Below are positions 9,294 through 18,722 of a DNA stretch of 64,000 nucleotides, in pieces. A program made the position numbers and the translations under genes. The notes under the pieces are model-generated. The model was not told the DNA's origin. It ran no database searches and saw nothing but the letters and a program-made list of their open reading frames with translations. Source of the stretch: Candidatus Bathyarchaeota archaeon (GTDB lineage Archaea; Thermoproteota; Bathyarchaeia; 40CM-2-53-6); assembly GCA_005888755.1 (NCBI GenBank), contig VBBQ01000027.1, positions 5,178 through 69,177 on the forward strand. The letters are read 5' to 3'. Each line of letters begins with the position of its first letter. Position 1 is the first letter of the stretch.

Positions 9294-10412
9294 CTATTCT
9301 TCTTTCCAGTTCATGAGTACGCTGCCGAGGGCGATGAAGAATGCGGCTAGGCCTAGGGCTATGAGGGTGTTGGTAAGGGCTTGGGCTGGTTCAGCGTAGA
9401 TCAGCGCATCTCTTAGTCCGTCGTTCACGTATGTTAGTGGCATGAACTTGGCTATGATCTTCATGATATCGGGCAATGACTCGCGGGACCAGAAGGTCCC
9501 AGCCAAGAACATCATTGGAAAGGTTATCGCGTTGGCTGCTGCATCTGCGCTCTCTGCTTCCTTTACGAAATTTGCCAGCACCATTCCGATACCTGGGAAT
9601 AGGAGAGAGGCTGCGACAACCAATCCTACCGTGTAGATATCTATGGTTGCCGTTACTCCGAAGATGGCGTAGCCGAAGAAGAGTATGACGACGAGTGATA
9701 TGGTGGCCAGTATCAGCTGGTAGCCGACCATGCCGAGGATCCATTCGATCTTGCTGAGGGGTGTGGTCGCGAGTTTCTTGATGATCTTCAGTTCACGGTA
9801 GCGTCCGTTAGTATTCACAGCACCAAAGACGCCTGTAGTGAGAAGGGTCATGCCGATTACTCCAGGTATGAAGAAGTCGATGTAGCGGATGTTCCGAGTT
9901 ACTATGCCGACTTGTTGGAGAAATAGGTGGTTCGGGGAACCAGCGATGGAAGCTGCATATGAGATGGTGACTGAGCGCACTATTCCCGCGAGCGATGCGG
10001 AGGCTTGATCGCTTTGATCCATGTAAAGTTGAACGGTAGCGTTACCTCCATTCTTCAAAGTCTGGTTGAAACCTAATGGTAGGACGAGCAGTCTCTGTCC
10101 ACGATTGTGGGGCTGAGCGTCATTTTTCACATATGTTAACGGATCTGGTTGCTCAGCTGGGACCATGTGGAGGTTGAACGCTCTAGTATTGTTCAGGACC
10201 GTGATGTACCCTTGAGAGTAATACGTTGGCACGTTCGCGTTGAGGTCTTGGTTCTGAAGGTAAAGGTCAAACTTGGTGCTTCCGCTGCCGAAGATTGCTC
10301 CGAAGAGGACGATAAGGAGTAGCGGGAAAGCGATAGTCCAGAATATGTTGCTCTTGCTGCGATACCAGCTCTTGAAGTGCCCACTGATTATGGTGTAGAT
10401 CCGGCTCCTCAT
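9294..10412 (-). CDS. ABC-2 type transporter permease
   Basis: 372-aa polytopic membrane protein immediately downstream of an ABC ATPase and overlapping its stop. Confidence 0.7.
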   Translation of the reverse strand: MRSRIYTIISGHFKSWYRSKSNIFWTIAFPLLLIVLFGAIFGSGSTKFDLYLQNQDLNANVPTYYSQGYITVLNNTRAFNLHMVPAEQPDPLTYVKNDAQPHNRGQRLLVLPLGFNQTLKNGGNATVQLYMDQSDQASASLAGIVRSVTISYAASIAGSPNHLFLQQVGIVTRNIRYIDFFIPGVIGMTLLTTGVFGAVNTNGRYRELKIIKKLATTPLSKIEWILGMVGYQLILATISLVVILFFGYAIFGVTATIDIYTVGLVVAASLLFPGIGMVLANFVKEAESADAAANAITFPMMFLAGTFWSRESLPDIMKIIAKFMPLTYVNDGLRDALIYAEPAQALTNTLIALGLAAFFIALGSVLMNWKEE

Positions 10413-10414
10413 GT

Positions 10415-11374
10415 TTAGTTTCCCTCCTCCGAAACTCTACGCCCGGTAAGATTGAGAAACACGTCGTCTAGTGTAGGACGCCTTACTTCTATCTCCTTGT
10501 CGTGCAAAGGGGTCTGTGCTAAGCTCATGAGGATGTTTGTGAGTTCACCGTTGTGCAAGGGGATGGCAATGTCTCCAGCGTTTCTGAGCTCTGCCTTCGG
10601 GAAACCTGGGAGTAACTGTTTGAGCCCTTCTTCACCCGCATCTCTGATGATGAGCGTCTTCTTTCCACCATGAGTGTCAATCAACTGGTCGGACGTTCCC
10701 GACGCGATTATCTGTCCGTGATCGATGATCGACACGATGTCCGCCAAGTATTCCGCCTCGTCCATGTAATGGGTTGTTAGAAAGACTGTTTTTCCCTGAC
10801 TCTTCAATCGCTCAATGACGCCCCAGACATCTCGTCGAGCCCTAGGGTCCAAGCCCGTGGTGGGCTCGTCGAGGAAAACGACATCAGGATCGTTTACCAG
10901 AGATACCGCAAGTCCAACTCTCTGCTTGAGACCGCCTGATAGCTTCTTGAACTGTTCATCCCGCTTATCCTTCAGGTCAACTAGCTCGATGAGCTTGTCC
11001 GCGTCGAGCTGATGCTTGAACATCGCCCCGAAATAGTTGATATTCTCTCGGACAGTAAGACGGTCGATGGCGTTGAAGTCCTGTGGTAGGACCCCGATTC
11101 GTTTTCGGATCTCAGCTTGATCAGAACGTTTGCTAACATCATAGCCTAGGACCCTTGCTCGGCCACCGGTCGGGTTCCGGAGACATTCCAGGATCTCAAC
11201 TGTTGTAGTTTTTCCGGCGCCGTTGGGGCCAAGGAAAGCGAAGACTTCGCCTTTGGTAAGGTTGAACGATATGCCGTTGACGGCAACGTTGTCACCATAT
11301 TTCTTGGAGAGTTTGTCTACCTGGACGACCCTGTCGGATTGTCCGGGTAGAGATGCTGGCAGGTTGTCGCTCAT
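10415..11374 (-). CDS. ABC transporter ATP-binding protein
   Basis: Walker A GPNGAGKTT, signature LSGGLKQR, Walker B VVFLDEPTTGLD. Confidence 0.9.
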   Translation of the reverse strand: MSDNLPASLPGQSDRVVQVDKLSKKYGDNVAVNGISFNLTKGEVFAFLGPNGAGKTTTVEILECLRNPTGGRARVLGYDVSKRSDQAEIRKRIGVLPQDFNAIDRLTVRENINYFGAMFKHQLDADKLIELVDLKDKRDEQFKKLSGGLKQRVGLAVSLVNDPDVVFLDEPTTGLDPRARRDVWGVIERLKSQGKTVFLTTHYMDEAEYLADIVSIIDHGQIIASGTSDQLIDTHGGKKTLIIRDAGEEGLKQLLPGFPKAELRNAGDIAIPLHNGELTNILMSLAQTPLHDKEIEVRRPTLDDVFLNLTGRRVSEEGN

Positions 11375-11595
11375 GGGAGCGGGACTCCTACCGCGCGATT
11401 CTCAAGAGGTTCGCAATGATCTTCGTCGCCGTGATTTCTTCCGGCTTCGATCGACTGTAACATTCCATCCGATTTCACCACAATCATCGTATTGCTCCCG
11501 TTATTGCTTCTAATGGTCAGGCACGTTTCGTAGTCACATGATGTGATTACATCTCGCTTAGTCGCGAGATCTATTCCGTTCATCTGATGGAACAA
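11371..11595 (-). CDS. hypothetical small protein (possible operon member)
   Basis: 74-aa ORF filling the gap between the SDR and the ABC ATPase, with a start overlapping by 4 bp. No motif. Confidence 0.2.
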   Translation of the reverse strand: MFHQMNGIDLATKRDVITSCDYETCLTIRSNNGSNTMIVVKSDGMLQSIEAGRNHGDEDHCEPLENRAVGVPLP

Positions 11596-11596
11596 C

Positions 11597-12469
11597 CTAC
11601 GAAAGACGAGTCAGTTTCGTGCTGACATCCCATAGTCGCTGGGCGATCTCTTCGTTATAGGATTCGTCTGAAGACTTCTTCACCTTCAGCTTCTCCAGGT
11701 ATTCTCCGTTGAGATCTTTTGCGTTAGGTGAGAAAGCGAGATAGACAATAGTCTCGGCACCCCGCTTAGGGCTTGTCATGAACAATTTCGGCAGGGCCAT
11801 GATGAACCCTACTGGGCCGAGGGGTCTACTCCAGATATTGGTCGCAACAGTTCCAGGGTGTACCGCATTGACTGTTACACTGGTTCCTTGGAGCTTCTTG
11901 GCGAGTTCATGGGTGAAGATGACGAGGGCGAGTTTCGATTGTCCGTAGGCTTTCCATCCACCATACTCTTTCTCCAGGTTGAGATCGTCGAAGTTGATGT
12001 GGCCATTGTAGTGTCCCACAGATGACACATTGATAATTCGACTCGGAGCGCTGGCCTTTAGCAGGTCCAACTGGAGGTTCGTCAAGAGGAAGGGAGCGAG
12101 ATAGTTTGTGGCGAAAGTATTCTCGTAACCATCCATTGTGACATGACGTCTTTGGTTGAAGAGTCCAGCGTTATTGATCAGCACGTGTAATTTAGAATAC
12201 TTTCTTTGGAATTCTGTCGCGAGCCGCCGCACCGACTCAAGAGACGATAAGTCGGCGAATAAGAGATCAACTGAATCGTTCTGCGATTCTTTGACTATTT
12301 CTGACCTTGCAGCTTCGCCCCTCTCCTTGTTACGCGCGACCATGACTACTGTAGCCCCCATCTTGGCGAGAGCCAGACTGGCCGCTCTTCCGATGCCGGA
12401 ATTGGCTCCGGTAACCAGGACCACTTTGTCCTTCATTGTTGTCTTGTCGGAGATGTTTTCGTTCTGCAT
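11597..12469 (-). CDS. SDR family oxidoreductase (retinol-dehydrogenase/WWOX-like subgroup)
   Basis: VVLVTGANSGIGRAASLALAKMGATVVMVARN matches the TGxxxGIG motif. 290 aa. Confidence 0.85.
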   Translation of the reverse strand: MQNENISDKTTMKDKVVLVTGANSGIGRAASLALAKMGATVVMVARNKERGEAARSEIVKESQNDSVDLLFADLSSLESVRRLATEFQRKYSKLHVLINNAGLFNQRRHVTMDGYENTFATNYLAPFLLTNLQLDLLKASAPSRIINVSSVGHYNGHINFDDLNLEKEYGGWKAYGQSKLALVIFTHELAKKLQGTSVTVNAVHPGTVATNIWSRPLGPVGFIMALPKLFMTSPKRGAETIVYLAFSPNAKDLNGEYLEKLKVKKSSDESYNEEIAQRLWDVSTKLTRLS

Positions 12470-12475
12470 ATGTTA

Positions 12476-12541
12476 TCGCGTAGTTAAACTGACTGGCAGG
12501 TCATTATTTAAACGCGTCGGTCATTTTTAAATACTACGCGC
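12476..12541. promoter_or_regulatory. candidate TetR operator / divergent promoter: inverted repeat CGCGTAGT...ACTACGCG
   Basis: CGCGTAGT at 12476-12483 and its reverse complement ACTACGCG at 12534-12541 flank an AT-rich tttaaa-containing core in the 91-bp gap between the divergent SDR-ABC operon and the TetR gene. Confidence 0.3.
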
Positions 12542-12560
12542 CACATGTTGTAGTAGAAAG

Positions 12561-13175
12561 ATGCCACGGGTCGTCCCAGAATACAAAGAAGAAGCCAGAA
12601 CCCGAATTCTGACAGTTGCAAACCAGGTGTTTGGCGAAAAGGGATACCGACAAGCCACAATGGATGACTTAGCCAAGAAACTAGGCGTCAGCAAGGGAGC
12701 GCTTTACCTCTATTTCGCCAGCAAGGAAGAACTGTTCGAAGAAATCTGCCGGGCAGAACCCTTAGCTTTCAAAGAAATCCTATACTCCACCTTCGGCGAG
12801 AACAAGAAGCCGCTAGAGAGCGCTGGCGAATTCTTTGACAAAATGTTAAGGCGCTACGGATCGAACTCGGGACTAAGCTTCGAAATATTCTCAGAGGCCT
12901 CACACAACGCTGGTCTTCGACGGATCCTCAAGAAGACTCAGGACGAGTACGCCGCGACTCTGATGAACTACTTGGAGGAAGGAAGAAAGAGGGAGATTAT
13001 CGATAAAGACTTGAACTTGAGGTCCATAACCTACGCCCTGATTGCCTTGTGGAACGGTATTGAGACAATCATTGTTACCGGGCTGCCGGTCGAAGATGCT
13101 AGACGAGCATGGCTGGAAGGATTCAAAGCCATATTTCTGCCCAAGAATGGGATTCACGCTTCACGAAATCTCTGA
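12561..13175 (+). CDS. TetR/AcrR family transcriptional regulator
   Basis: RILTVANQVFGEKGYRQATMDDLAKKLGVSKGALYLYFASKEELF is a canonical TetR N-terminal HTH. Confidence 0.88.
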   Translation: MPRVVPEYKEEARTRILTVANQVFGEKGYRQATMDDLAKKLGVSKGALYLYFASKEELFEEICRAEPLAFKEILYSTFGENKKPLESAGEFFDKMLRRYGSNSGLSFEIFSEASHNAGLRRILKKTQDEYAATLMNYLEEGRKREIIDKDLNLRSITYALIALWNGIETIIVTGLPVEDARRAWLEGFKAIFLPKNGIHASRNL

Positions 13176-13289
13176 GACAAGATCTTGTATCAGAGTGTCT
13201 GAAGCGTAGTCAGGCGGCATAATCAAGCCTGCATTCGCGTCATCTGAGGTAGACATAAAACCGATTTCTCGGAGCTTCCTCTGCTTCAC

Positions 13290-13952
13290 ATGTCTGCGGC
13301 GAAGCGACCGCTTGGCGCCATAGCCTCTGGTGAGGTCGATCACGTAGTGATTATTTTCAAGGAGAACCACACTTTCGACAATTACTTTGGCACTTTTCCG
13401 GGAGTTAACGGGATGACTATGCCGAGGTCTCCTAATCCGCCCCCACAGGACCCGGATCACCGGCACAGCGCCTGGCTGACTCGCCAGACGACTTCGGTCC
13501 GCCAACAGTTCGTTGAGGCTGACATTCCAGCATACTTTGCCTACGCGAGAAAGTTCACCCTGTGCGACCAGTACTTCACGGACGTTGCGGGACCATCCAC
13601 GCCCAACCACTCGATGGTATTAGCTGCCGGTTCTCCCTTCATCGACAACCCTCACCCCGGAGACCCGTCCAGAATCGCTTCATCGCTCCCCCTGAGCATC
13701 GAGTCGCACAAACTGAGCTGGGGAAACTACGGCGGATACGCGTTTCAATATCTGAGCGGCGTTGGAGGGAGAAACAAGTTCACCTCCGACCAGTTCGCCA
13801 AAGATGCGGCCGCAGGAAAACTGCCGAACGTCTCATGGGTCTATGCCACGAGTCGGTTTAACGAGCATCCTCCGGACCCCGGGAAGGGTCCGATGGGGAA
13901 CGTGACAACCGGTACGCAATCATCAACTGACAAAGAGAGCCTGCGCGGCTAG
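13290..13952 (+). CDS. phosphoesterase family protein (phospholipase C / acid phosphatase AcpA-like), apparently C-terminally truncated
   Basis: DHVVIIFKENHTFDNYFGTFPGVNG at the N-terminus and NVSWVYATSRFNEHPP (the DEHP-like motif). The ORF stops at 220 aa where full-length family members continue for roughly another 200 aa. Confidence 0.55.
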   Translation: MSAAKRPLGAIASGEVDHVVIIFKENHTFDNYFGTFPGVNGMTMPRSPNPPPQDPDHRHSAWLTRQTTSVRQQFVEADIPAYFAYARKFTLCDQYFTDVAGPSTPNHSMVLAAGSPFIDNPHPGDPSRIASSLPLSIESHKLSWGNYGGYAFQYLSGVGGRNKFTSDQFAKDAAAGKLPNVSWVYATSRFNEHPPDPGKGPMGNVTTGTQSSTDKESLRG

Positions 13953-14035
13953 CGCTTGAACGATCGTAGGACGATTCGAGCCCTGCTCCAAGAGCCTTGG
14001 AGATTTCACGTTAAATAGAAATTGAATCGAGCCGG

Positions 14036-15757
14036 GTGCTTTGTTGGAGGAGTCTAAGAACCTCAATGGAACACTCTTCGCCTCCGAAAAGGGAGGGCAC
14101 GAAACAAGTGCCGGTTACTGCCGCTCAACTTCTCGTTCAATGCTTGGAGAATGAGGGTGTCAAGTACGCTTTTGGTATCCCTGGCGAGGAGAACATACAT
14201 GTCATTGACGCGCTAGACAAATCGTCTATCCACTTCGTTCTTGTCCGTCACGAACAAGCTGCGTCGTTCATGGCCGACATCTATGGTCGTCTGACCGATC
14301 AAGCAGGTGTCTGCATAGGGACCCTGGGACCCGGGGCCATCAACCTCTTACTGGGAACAGCGGACGCCAACACCGACAGCGTCCCGCTAGTCGCCATCAC
14401 CGCGCAAGGGGGCTTGAACCGGATCTACAAAGAATCCCACCAGATAATCGATCTCGTCAGCATGTTCAAGCCCGTCACAAAGTGGGCTGAACTAATCCCG
14501 AGACCGGAAGCTGTGCCGGAGATGGTCAGGAAGGCCTTCAAACTTGCCCAGACAGAACGTCCTGGCGCCGTCTATCTTGCACTTCCAGAGGATGTCGAAA
14601 AAATGGTCGTTCCTACAGGTTATCCCCCACTAGAGATCAATGTGGTGCGCGACACCTCTCCGTCTCCCGCTCAGATATCGCGTGCTGCAAAAGTCTTGGA
14701 AGCTGCGAAGAATCCTGTGATGCTTGCGGGACACGGTGCCGTGCGCAATCACGCGAGTGAAGCACTTGTCCGTTTCTCCGAGCGTCTTCACATCCCTGTC
14801 GCGACGACTTTCATGGGTAAGGGAGTCTTTCCGGACAACCATCCAAACGCGCTCGGTACGATAGGATTCATGGTACACGACTACGCCAATTTTGGCTTCG
14901 ACCAGGCAGATGTGATTCTGAGTGTCGGGTATGACATGCAAGAATTCGATCCCGTGAAGATCAATCCGACGGGTGACAAGCAGATCATTCACATCCATCG
15001 TTATCCTGCACAGGTCGACGCCCACTATCATCTCGCTGTCGGTATCCAAGGTGACATTTCAGAATCACTCGACGCTCTCGCCCGCGAGACCAAACCCAAA
15101 CCAACAGCGAATTCAATTGGTCAGAAGATTCGTCACCTGCTAAAGGAGGAGCTTGAGATGGGAAGAAACGACAACTCCTACCCAGTAAAACCTCAGCGGC
15201 TTGTCGCGGATATCCGAGCAGCGATGGGTGCCCAAGACATAGCGCTGGTTGACACGGGGGCGGTAAAGATGTGGATGGCCCGGCTTTACCCGACATATCA
15301 GCCGAATACTTGCATCGTCTCAAACGGTCTTTCAACGATGGCCTTCGCTCTGCCCGGAGCGATTGCTGCAAAGCTCGCTTTTCCGGATCGTAAAGTCCTC
15401 GCGATTGCGGGAGACGCTGGTTTCTTAATGAACTCGATGGAGCTCGAGACCGCTGTGAGAGAGAAGATACCGCTTGTAGTATTGGCCTGGGTGGACGGGT
15501 CATATGGCATGATCAAGTGGGAGATGGACTTGGAGCTGGGACACCACTCGCATGTTGACTTTGGCAACCCGGACTTTGTCAAGTTCGCTGAGAGCTTCGG
15601 CGCCAAAGGCTACTTGATAACGCGAGCTGGAGATCTACTTCCTACGCTGAAGCGCGCGTTGGCCGATAATCACGTCTCGGTCATCGCCTGTCCCGTTGAC
15701 TATTCACAGAATGCTGCGCTGACGAACAAGCTGGGAAAACTTACAGAGCCAATGTAA
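14036..15757 (+). CDS. thiamine-pyrophosphate-dependent enzyme, acetolactate synthase large-subunit-like
   Basis: N-terminal TPP_N region (GIPGEENIHVIDAL), central domain, and C-terminal TPP-binding GDAGFLMNSMELETA motif. 573 aa. Confidence 0.82.
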   Translation: MLCWRSLRTSMEHSSPPKREGTKQVPVTAAQLLVQCLENEGVKYAFGIPGEENIHVIDALDKSSIHFVLVRHEQAASFMADIYGRLTDQAGVCIGTLGPGAINLLLGTADANTDSVPLVAITAQGGLNRIYKESHQIIDLVSMFKPVTKWAELIPRPEAVPEMVRKAFKLAQTERPGAVYLALPEDVEKMVVPTGYPPLEINVVRDTSPSPAQISRAAKVLEAAKNPVMLAGHGAVRNHASEALVRFSERLHIPVATTFMGKGVFPDNHPNALGTIGFMVHDYANFGFDQADVILSVGYDMQEFDPVKINPTGDKQIIHIHRYPAQVDAHYHLAVGIQGDISESLDALARETKPKPTANSIGQKIRHLLKEELEMGRNDNSYPVKPQRLVADIRAAMGAQDIALVDTGAVKMWMARLYPTYQPNTCIVSNGLSTMAFALPGAIAAKLAFPDRKVLAIAGDAGFLMNSMELETAVREKIPLVVLAWVDGSYGMIKWEMDLELGHHSHVDFGNPDFVKFAESFGAKGYLITRAGDLLPTLKRALADNHVSVIACPVDYSQNAALTNKLGKLTEPM

Positions 15758-15810
15758 CAACCGTAAAGTCATCTCTATCCAGCGTGAGCTAGGCGCAAGG
15801 GTTTAGCTAT

Positions 15811-15824
15811 CCCAAGTATAATTG
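15811..15824 (+). promoter_or_regulatory. candidate archaeal TATA box (gtataat) upstream of the PLP-enzyme gene
   Basis: AT-rich GTATAAT element about 35 nt upstream of the ATG at 15854. Confidence 0.25.
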
Positions 15825-15853
15825 TTTGAGCGATCATACATCTGGTTCTTGTC

Positions 15854-17038
15854 TTGAAAGAGAAAAAGTTCAAGGATATTGAAACTAAGCTGATTCATTC
15901 CGGTGAGCCGGACCCTAGGGTTCAGGGGGCTGTTAGTATGCCGATTTTCCAGTCGGCAATGTTCGAGACCCGGAAAGAAGAGGGATATCATGATATTCAG
16001 TATATTCGTCTAAACAACACACCGAATGCTCAGGCGCTCCACGAGAAGCTTGCCGCGATCGAAGGCGCAGAAGATGCCCTCGTAACATCGAGTGGAATGG
16101 CCGCAATCTCCACGACACTACTGACCTTTCTTCACAACGGGGATCACCTTCTCGTCCAGAACTGCTTGTATGGTGGGACCCACGATTTTGTCACGAAAGA
16201 CCTCCACACGTTCGGCATATCCTATGATTTCATCGATGGCAACGACCCGGAGTCATGGGAGAAGAAACGCCGGCCCAACACGAAGGCGATCTATGTCGAG
16301 ACCATGACGAATCCGATGCTGGAGGTGGCCGACCACAAGGCCGTTGTCACCTTCGCCAAGAAACATGGCCTCGTATCTATGATCGACAACACCTTCGCGA
16401 GCCCGATAAACTTCCGTCCCATCGAGCACGGATTCGACCTCTCACTCCATAGTGGAACGAAATATCTGAACGGGCACTCCGATATCGTTGCGGGAGCGGT
16501 CATTGGAAGCTCGGAACTAATTAGCAAAGTCAAACATCGACTGGACCATCTTGGTGGTAGTCTGGACCCGCATGCGTGTTTCCTGTTGCACAGAGGAATG
16601 AAGACACTGGCTTTGCGCATGAAACAACACAATGAGAGCGCTCTCAAGATCGCGAGATTTCTAGAGGAGCATAACGCGGTTGCGAACGTCAACTATCCAG
16701 GGCTCATGAGCCATCCCCAACACAACCGGGCGGGACAGTTGTTTGACGGGTTCAGCGGCATGCTAAGCTTCGAACCGAAAGGTGGCAAAACAGCGGCCGA
16801 GCAATTCATGAAAAACGTCTCCATCCCGATCATCACGGTGAGCCTCGGCGGAGTCGAAAGCCTACTCACTAGACCAGCGGCCACCTCACACTCAGGAATG
16901 TCTCCGGAAGACAGGAAAAAACTCGGGATCACTGACGGACTAATTCGAGTATCGGTCGGAGTCGAGGCGACAGAGGATCTGATCGAAGACTTCGCAGAGG
17001 CGTTCGAGGCGATCAGGACCATAGCCAGCATCTCCTAA
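15854..17038 (+). CDS. PLP-dependent trans-sulfuration enzyme (cystathionine gamma-synthase / methionine gamma-lyase family)
   Basis: ETKLIHSGEPDP...VSMPIFQSAMFE N-terminus and the SGTKYLNGHSDIVAGAV PLP-lysine motif. Confidence 0.85.
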   Translation: MKEKKFKDIETKLIHSGEPDPRVQGAVSMPIFQSAMFETRKEEGYHDIQYIRLNNTPNAQALHEKLAAIEGAEDALVTSSGMAAISTTLLTFLHNGDHLLVQNCLYGGTHDFVTKDLHTFGISYDFIDGNDPESWEKKRRPNTKAIYVETMTNPMLEVADHKAVVTFAKKHGLVSMIDNTFASPINFRPIEHGFDLSLHSGTKYLNGHSDIVAGAVIGSSELISKVKHRLDHLGGSLDPHACFLLHRGMKTLALRMKQHNESALKIARFLEEHNAVANVNYPGLMSHPQHNRAGQLFDGFSGMLSFEPKGGKTAAEQFMKNVSIPIITVSLGGVESLLTRPAATSHSGMSPEDRKKLGITDGLIRVSVGVEATEDLIEDFAEAFEAIRTIASIS

Positions 17039-17055
17039 GAAATCCGGGTGATCGA

Positions 17056-17539
17056 TCACATTTCTGTTTCAGATAGGCGTTTCAAATCTTCGCCCGTAAT
17101 CTGCATGATTCGCCAATGCTCTCGGAACCGAGCCCCTAGCTTCTGATACACTTCTATCGCAGTCGTGTTCCAGTCGAGCACTTCCCATCTCATCCCGTAA
17201 CAATGCTCTGCGATCGCGATCTGTGGGAGATGAACCATGAGGGCCTTGCCGATGCCTTTGCGTCGGAGCTGTGGCCTGACAAAGAGATCTTCTAGGAAGA
17301 GTCCCTGCCTGCCCTGCCACGTGGAGTAGTGGTGGAAAAAGAAGGCCATTCCGGCTGGGTTGCCCATCCGACTCTGCAATGATCACTCTGAACTTGGGAT
17401 TCGCTGAGAAGCCATCTCTACGCGAGTCGTCTTCTGTAGCTCGAACCGCATTGGGTTCCCGCTCATACTCCGCCAATTCGCGGGTGAAAGACAGAATCAA
17501 AGGAACGTCTTCAACACCTGCCTCGCGAATCCTCAGCAT
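17056..17539 (-). pseudogene. GNAT family (diamine/spermidine-type) N-acetyltransferase interrupted by a single-base frameshift
   Basis: The N-terminal half MLRIREAGVEDVPLILSFTRELAEYEREPNAVRATEDD...KFRVIIAESDGQP is in one frame. The C-terminal half ...AGMAFFFHHYSTWQGRQGLFLEDLFVRPQLRRKGIGKALM...EVLDWNTTAIEVYQKLGA is in the adjacent frame. The junction lies near 17355-17372 in a ccc run. Confidence 0.6.
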
Positions 17540-17542
17540 GAT

Positions 17543-18085
17543 TCAAGCTCCCGCTACTCTCTGCCGGACCTGCTTTTGATCACTTGAGGGAATGATCTCG
17601 ACCTGTCCATTTGGAAAGACTTTGTCGAAAGCCCGATGCTGAAGATGCCAGTCGAGGAAGACGGCGAGGGCGGCGACCTCGCTCATCGGCTGGTTCGTCA
17701 CTGAGACATTCCAGTCTGCGAGTTTGAAGACTTCTCCAGGCATCTTCTCCGACCCCACGACGACTAGAATATCTCCAGTCGCATTATTGACTTCTTGGAT
17801 CACGTCAGGTAGCCTCAATCCGTATGCGGTCAGGTGAACAACCTTTCCACCATCGTCGCTCCAGTCGCGAATAGTCTCTCGCCATGGTTTTCCGGACTCG
17901 ATCGAAAAGTTTCCGCCGAATCTCCTAGCTACTTCTCTGATAGTGGCTTCAACCGTCTTATCCTCCCTATCGGCTATGATTACCCCGTCGGCCCCGAGCG
18001 CTCGGGCTGTGAGGCAAACGTGGGTCGTTACTCTTGAATCCCTGAAGAACCTGTGCCCCATTCGGAGCACCATCAATCTCTCCAT
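17543..18085 (-). CDS. tRNA (cytidine56-2'-O)-methyltransferase aTrm56 (SPOUT family)
   Basis: MVLRMGHRFFRDSRVTTHVCLTARALGADGVII...VVHLTAYG...ADWNVSVTNQPMSEVAALAVFLD matches aTrm56 across its length. Confidence 0.8.
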   Translation of the reverse strand: MERLMVLRMGHRFFRDSRVTTHVCLTARALGADGVIIADREDKTVEATIREVARRFGGNFSIESGKPWRETIRDWSDDGGKVVHLTAYGLRLPDVIQEVNNATGDILVVVGSEKMPGEVFKLADWNVSVTNQPMSEVAALAVFLDWHLQHRAFDKVFPNGQVEIIPSSDQKQVRQRVAGA

Positions 18086-18164
18086 AGGAAAAGGGGTCCA
18101 GAGCCTAATAGATTAAATTGGAGAAGCGCACAATATAGGGTGTTAACGAGGGATTTTTGAGAGT

Positions 18165-18701
18165 ATGGGGTCTAATCATGATGATCTTGCACGACTGGCA
18201 AGCTTCTTCGGAGGACAGGAAGCTCTCAGCGTCGTCCAAGCACTATCCGACGCCGGGACAACTACTGACGATATTATCGCAGTCAATGCAAACGTCAAGC
18301 TGAACGCTGCCCGCCGAGTTCTCTACAAGCTCTACAACCACGCCCTAGTCACCGTTGTCCGGAGTCGGGATGAGAAGACAGGCTGGTTCATCTATCACTG
18401 GAAGCTACAACCAGATCAGCTAGACGCGTTCGTTCGAAGCAGGAAAAAGAAGGCTCTGGAAAAAATGCGGACCCGCCTCGAATATGAAAGGGGACATAGT
18501 TTCTTCATGTGCAAAGGCTGCCTCACAGTCAGGGTGACCTTCGAGGAAGCCATGGAGTCTGCCTTTCGGTGCAGTAGCTGCAACGGCCAACTAATCAGCG
18601 AAGACAACTCTCGGACAGTCCAAGTGCTAGAGGATCTATCGCGAAAACTAGAGTCAGAACTCCAGGAACGACCCGCTGCATTCCACCCTGACAAGATCTG
18701 A
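18165..18701 (+). CDS. tfe: transcription factor E (TFE alpha, TFIIE-alpha homolog)
   Basis: Winged-helix N-domain followed by the zinc ribbon FMCKGCLTVRVTFEEAMESAFRCSSCNG. 178 aa. Confidence 0.72.
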   Translation: MGSNHDDLARLASFFGGQEALSVVQALSDAGTTTDDIIAVNANVKLNAARRVLYKLYNHALVTVVRSRDEKTGWFIYHWKLQPDQLDAFVRSRKKKALEKMRTRLEYERGHSFFMCKGCLTVRVTFEEAMESAFRCSSCNGQLISEDNSRTVQVLEDLSRKLESELQERPAAFHPDKI

Positions 18702-18722
18702 TTTTTCAGAGGCAAAAGTGAA

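Noticed and set aside
13161-13610. 149-aa minus-strand ORF overlapping the phosphoesterase gene
   Set aside because: The Arg-rich translation has no motifs, while the plus strand carries clear phosphoesterase family motifs.
14630-15606. Three minus-strand ORFs (139, 172 and 102 aa) within the acetolactate-synthase-like gene
   Set aside because: They are antisense to a 573-aa gene with strong TPP-enzyme motifs, and the translations are Arg/Ser/Pro-rich.
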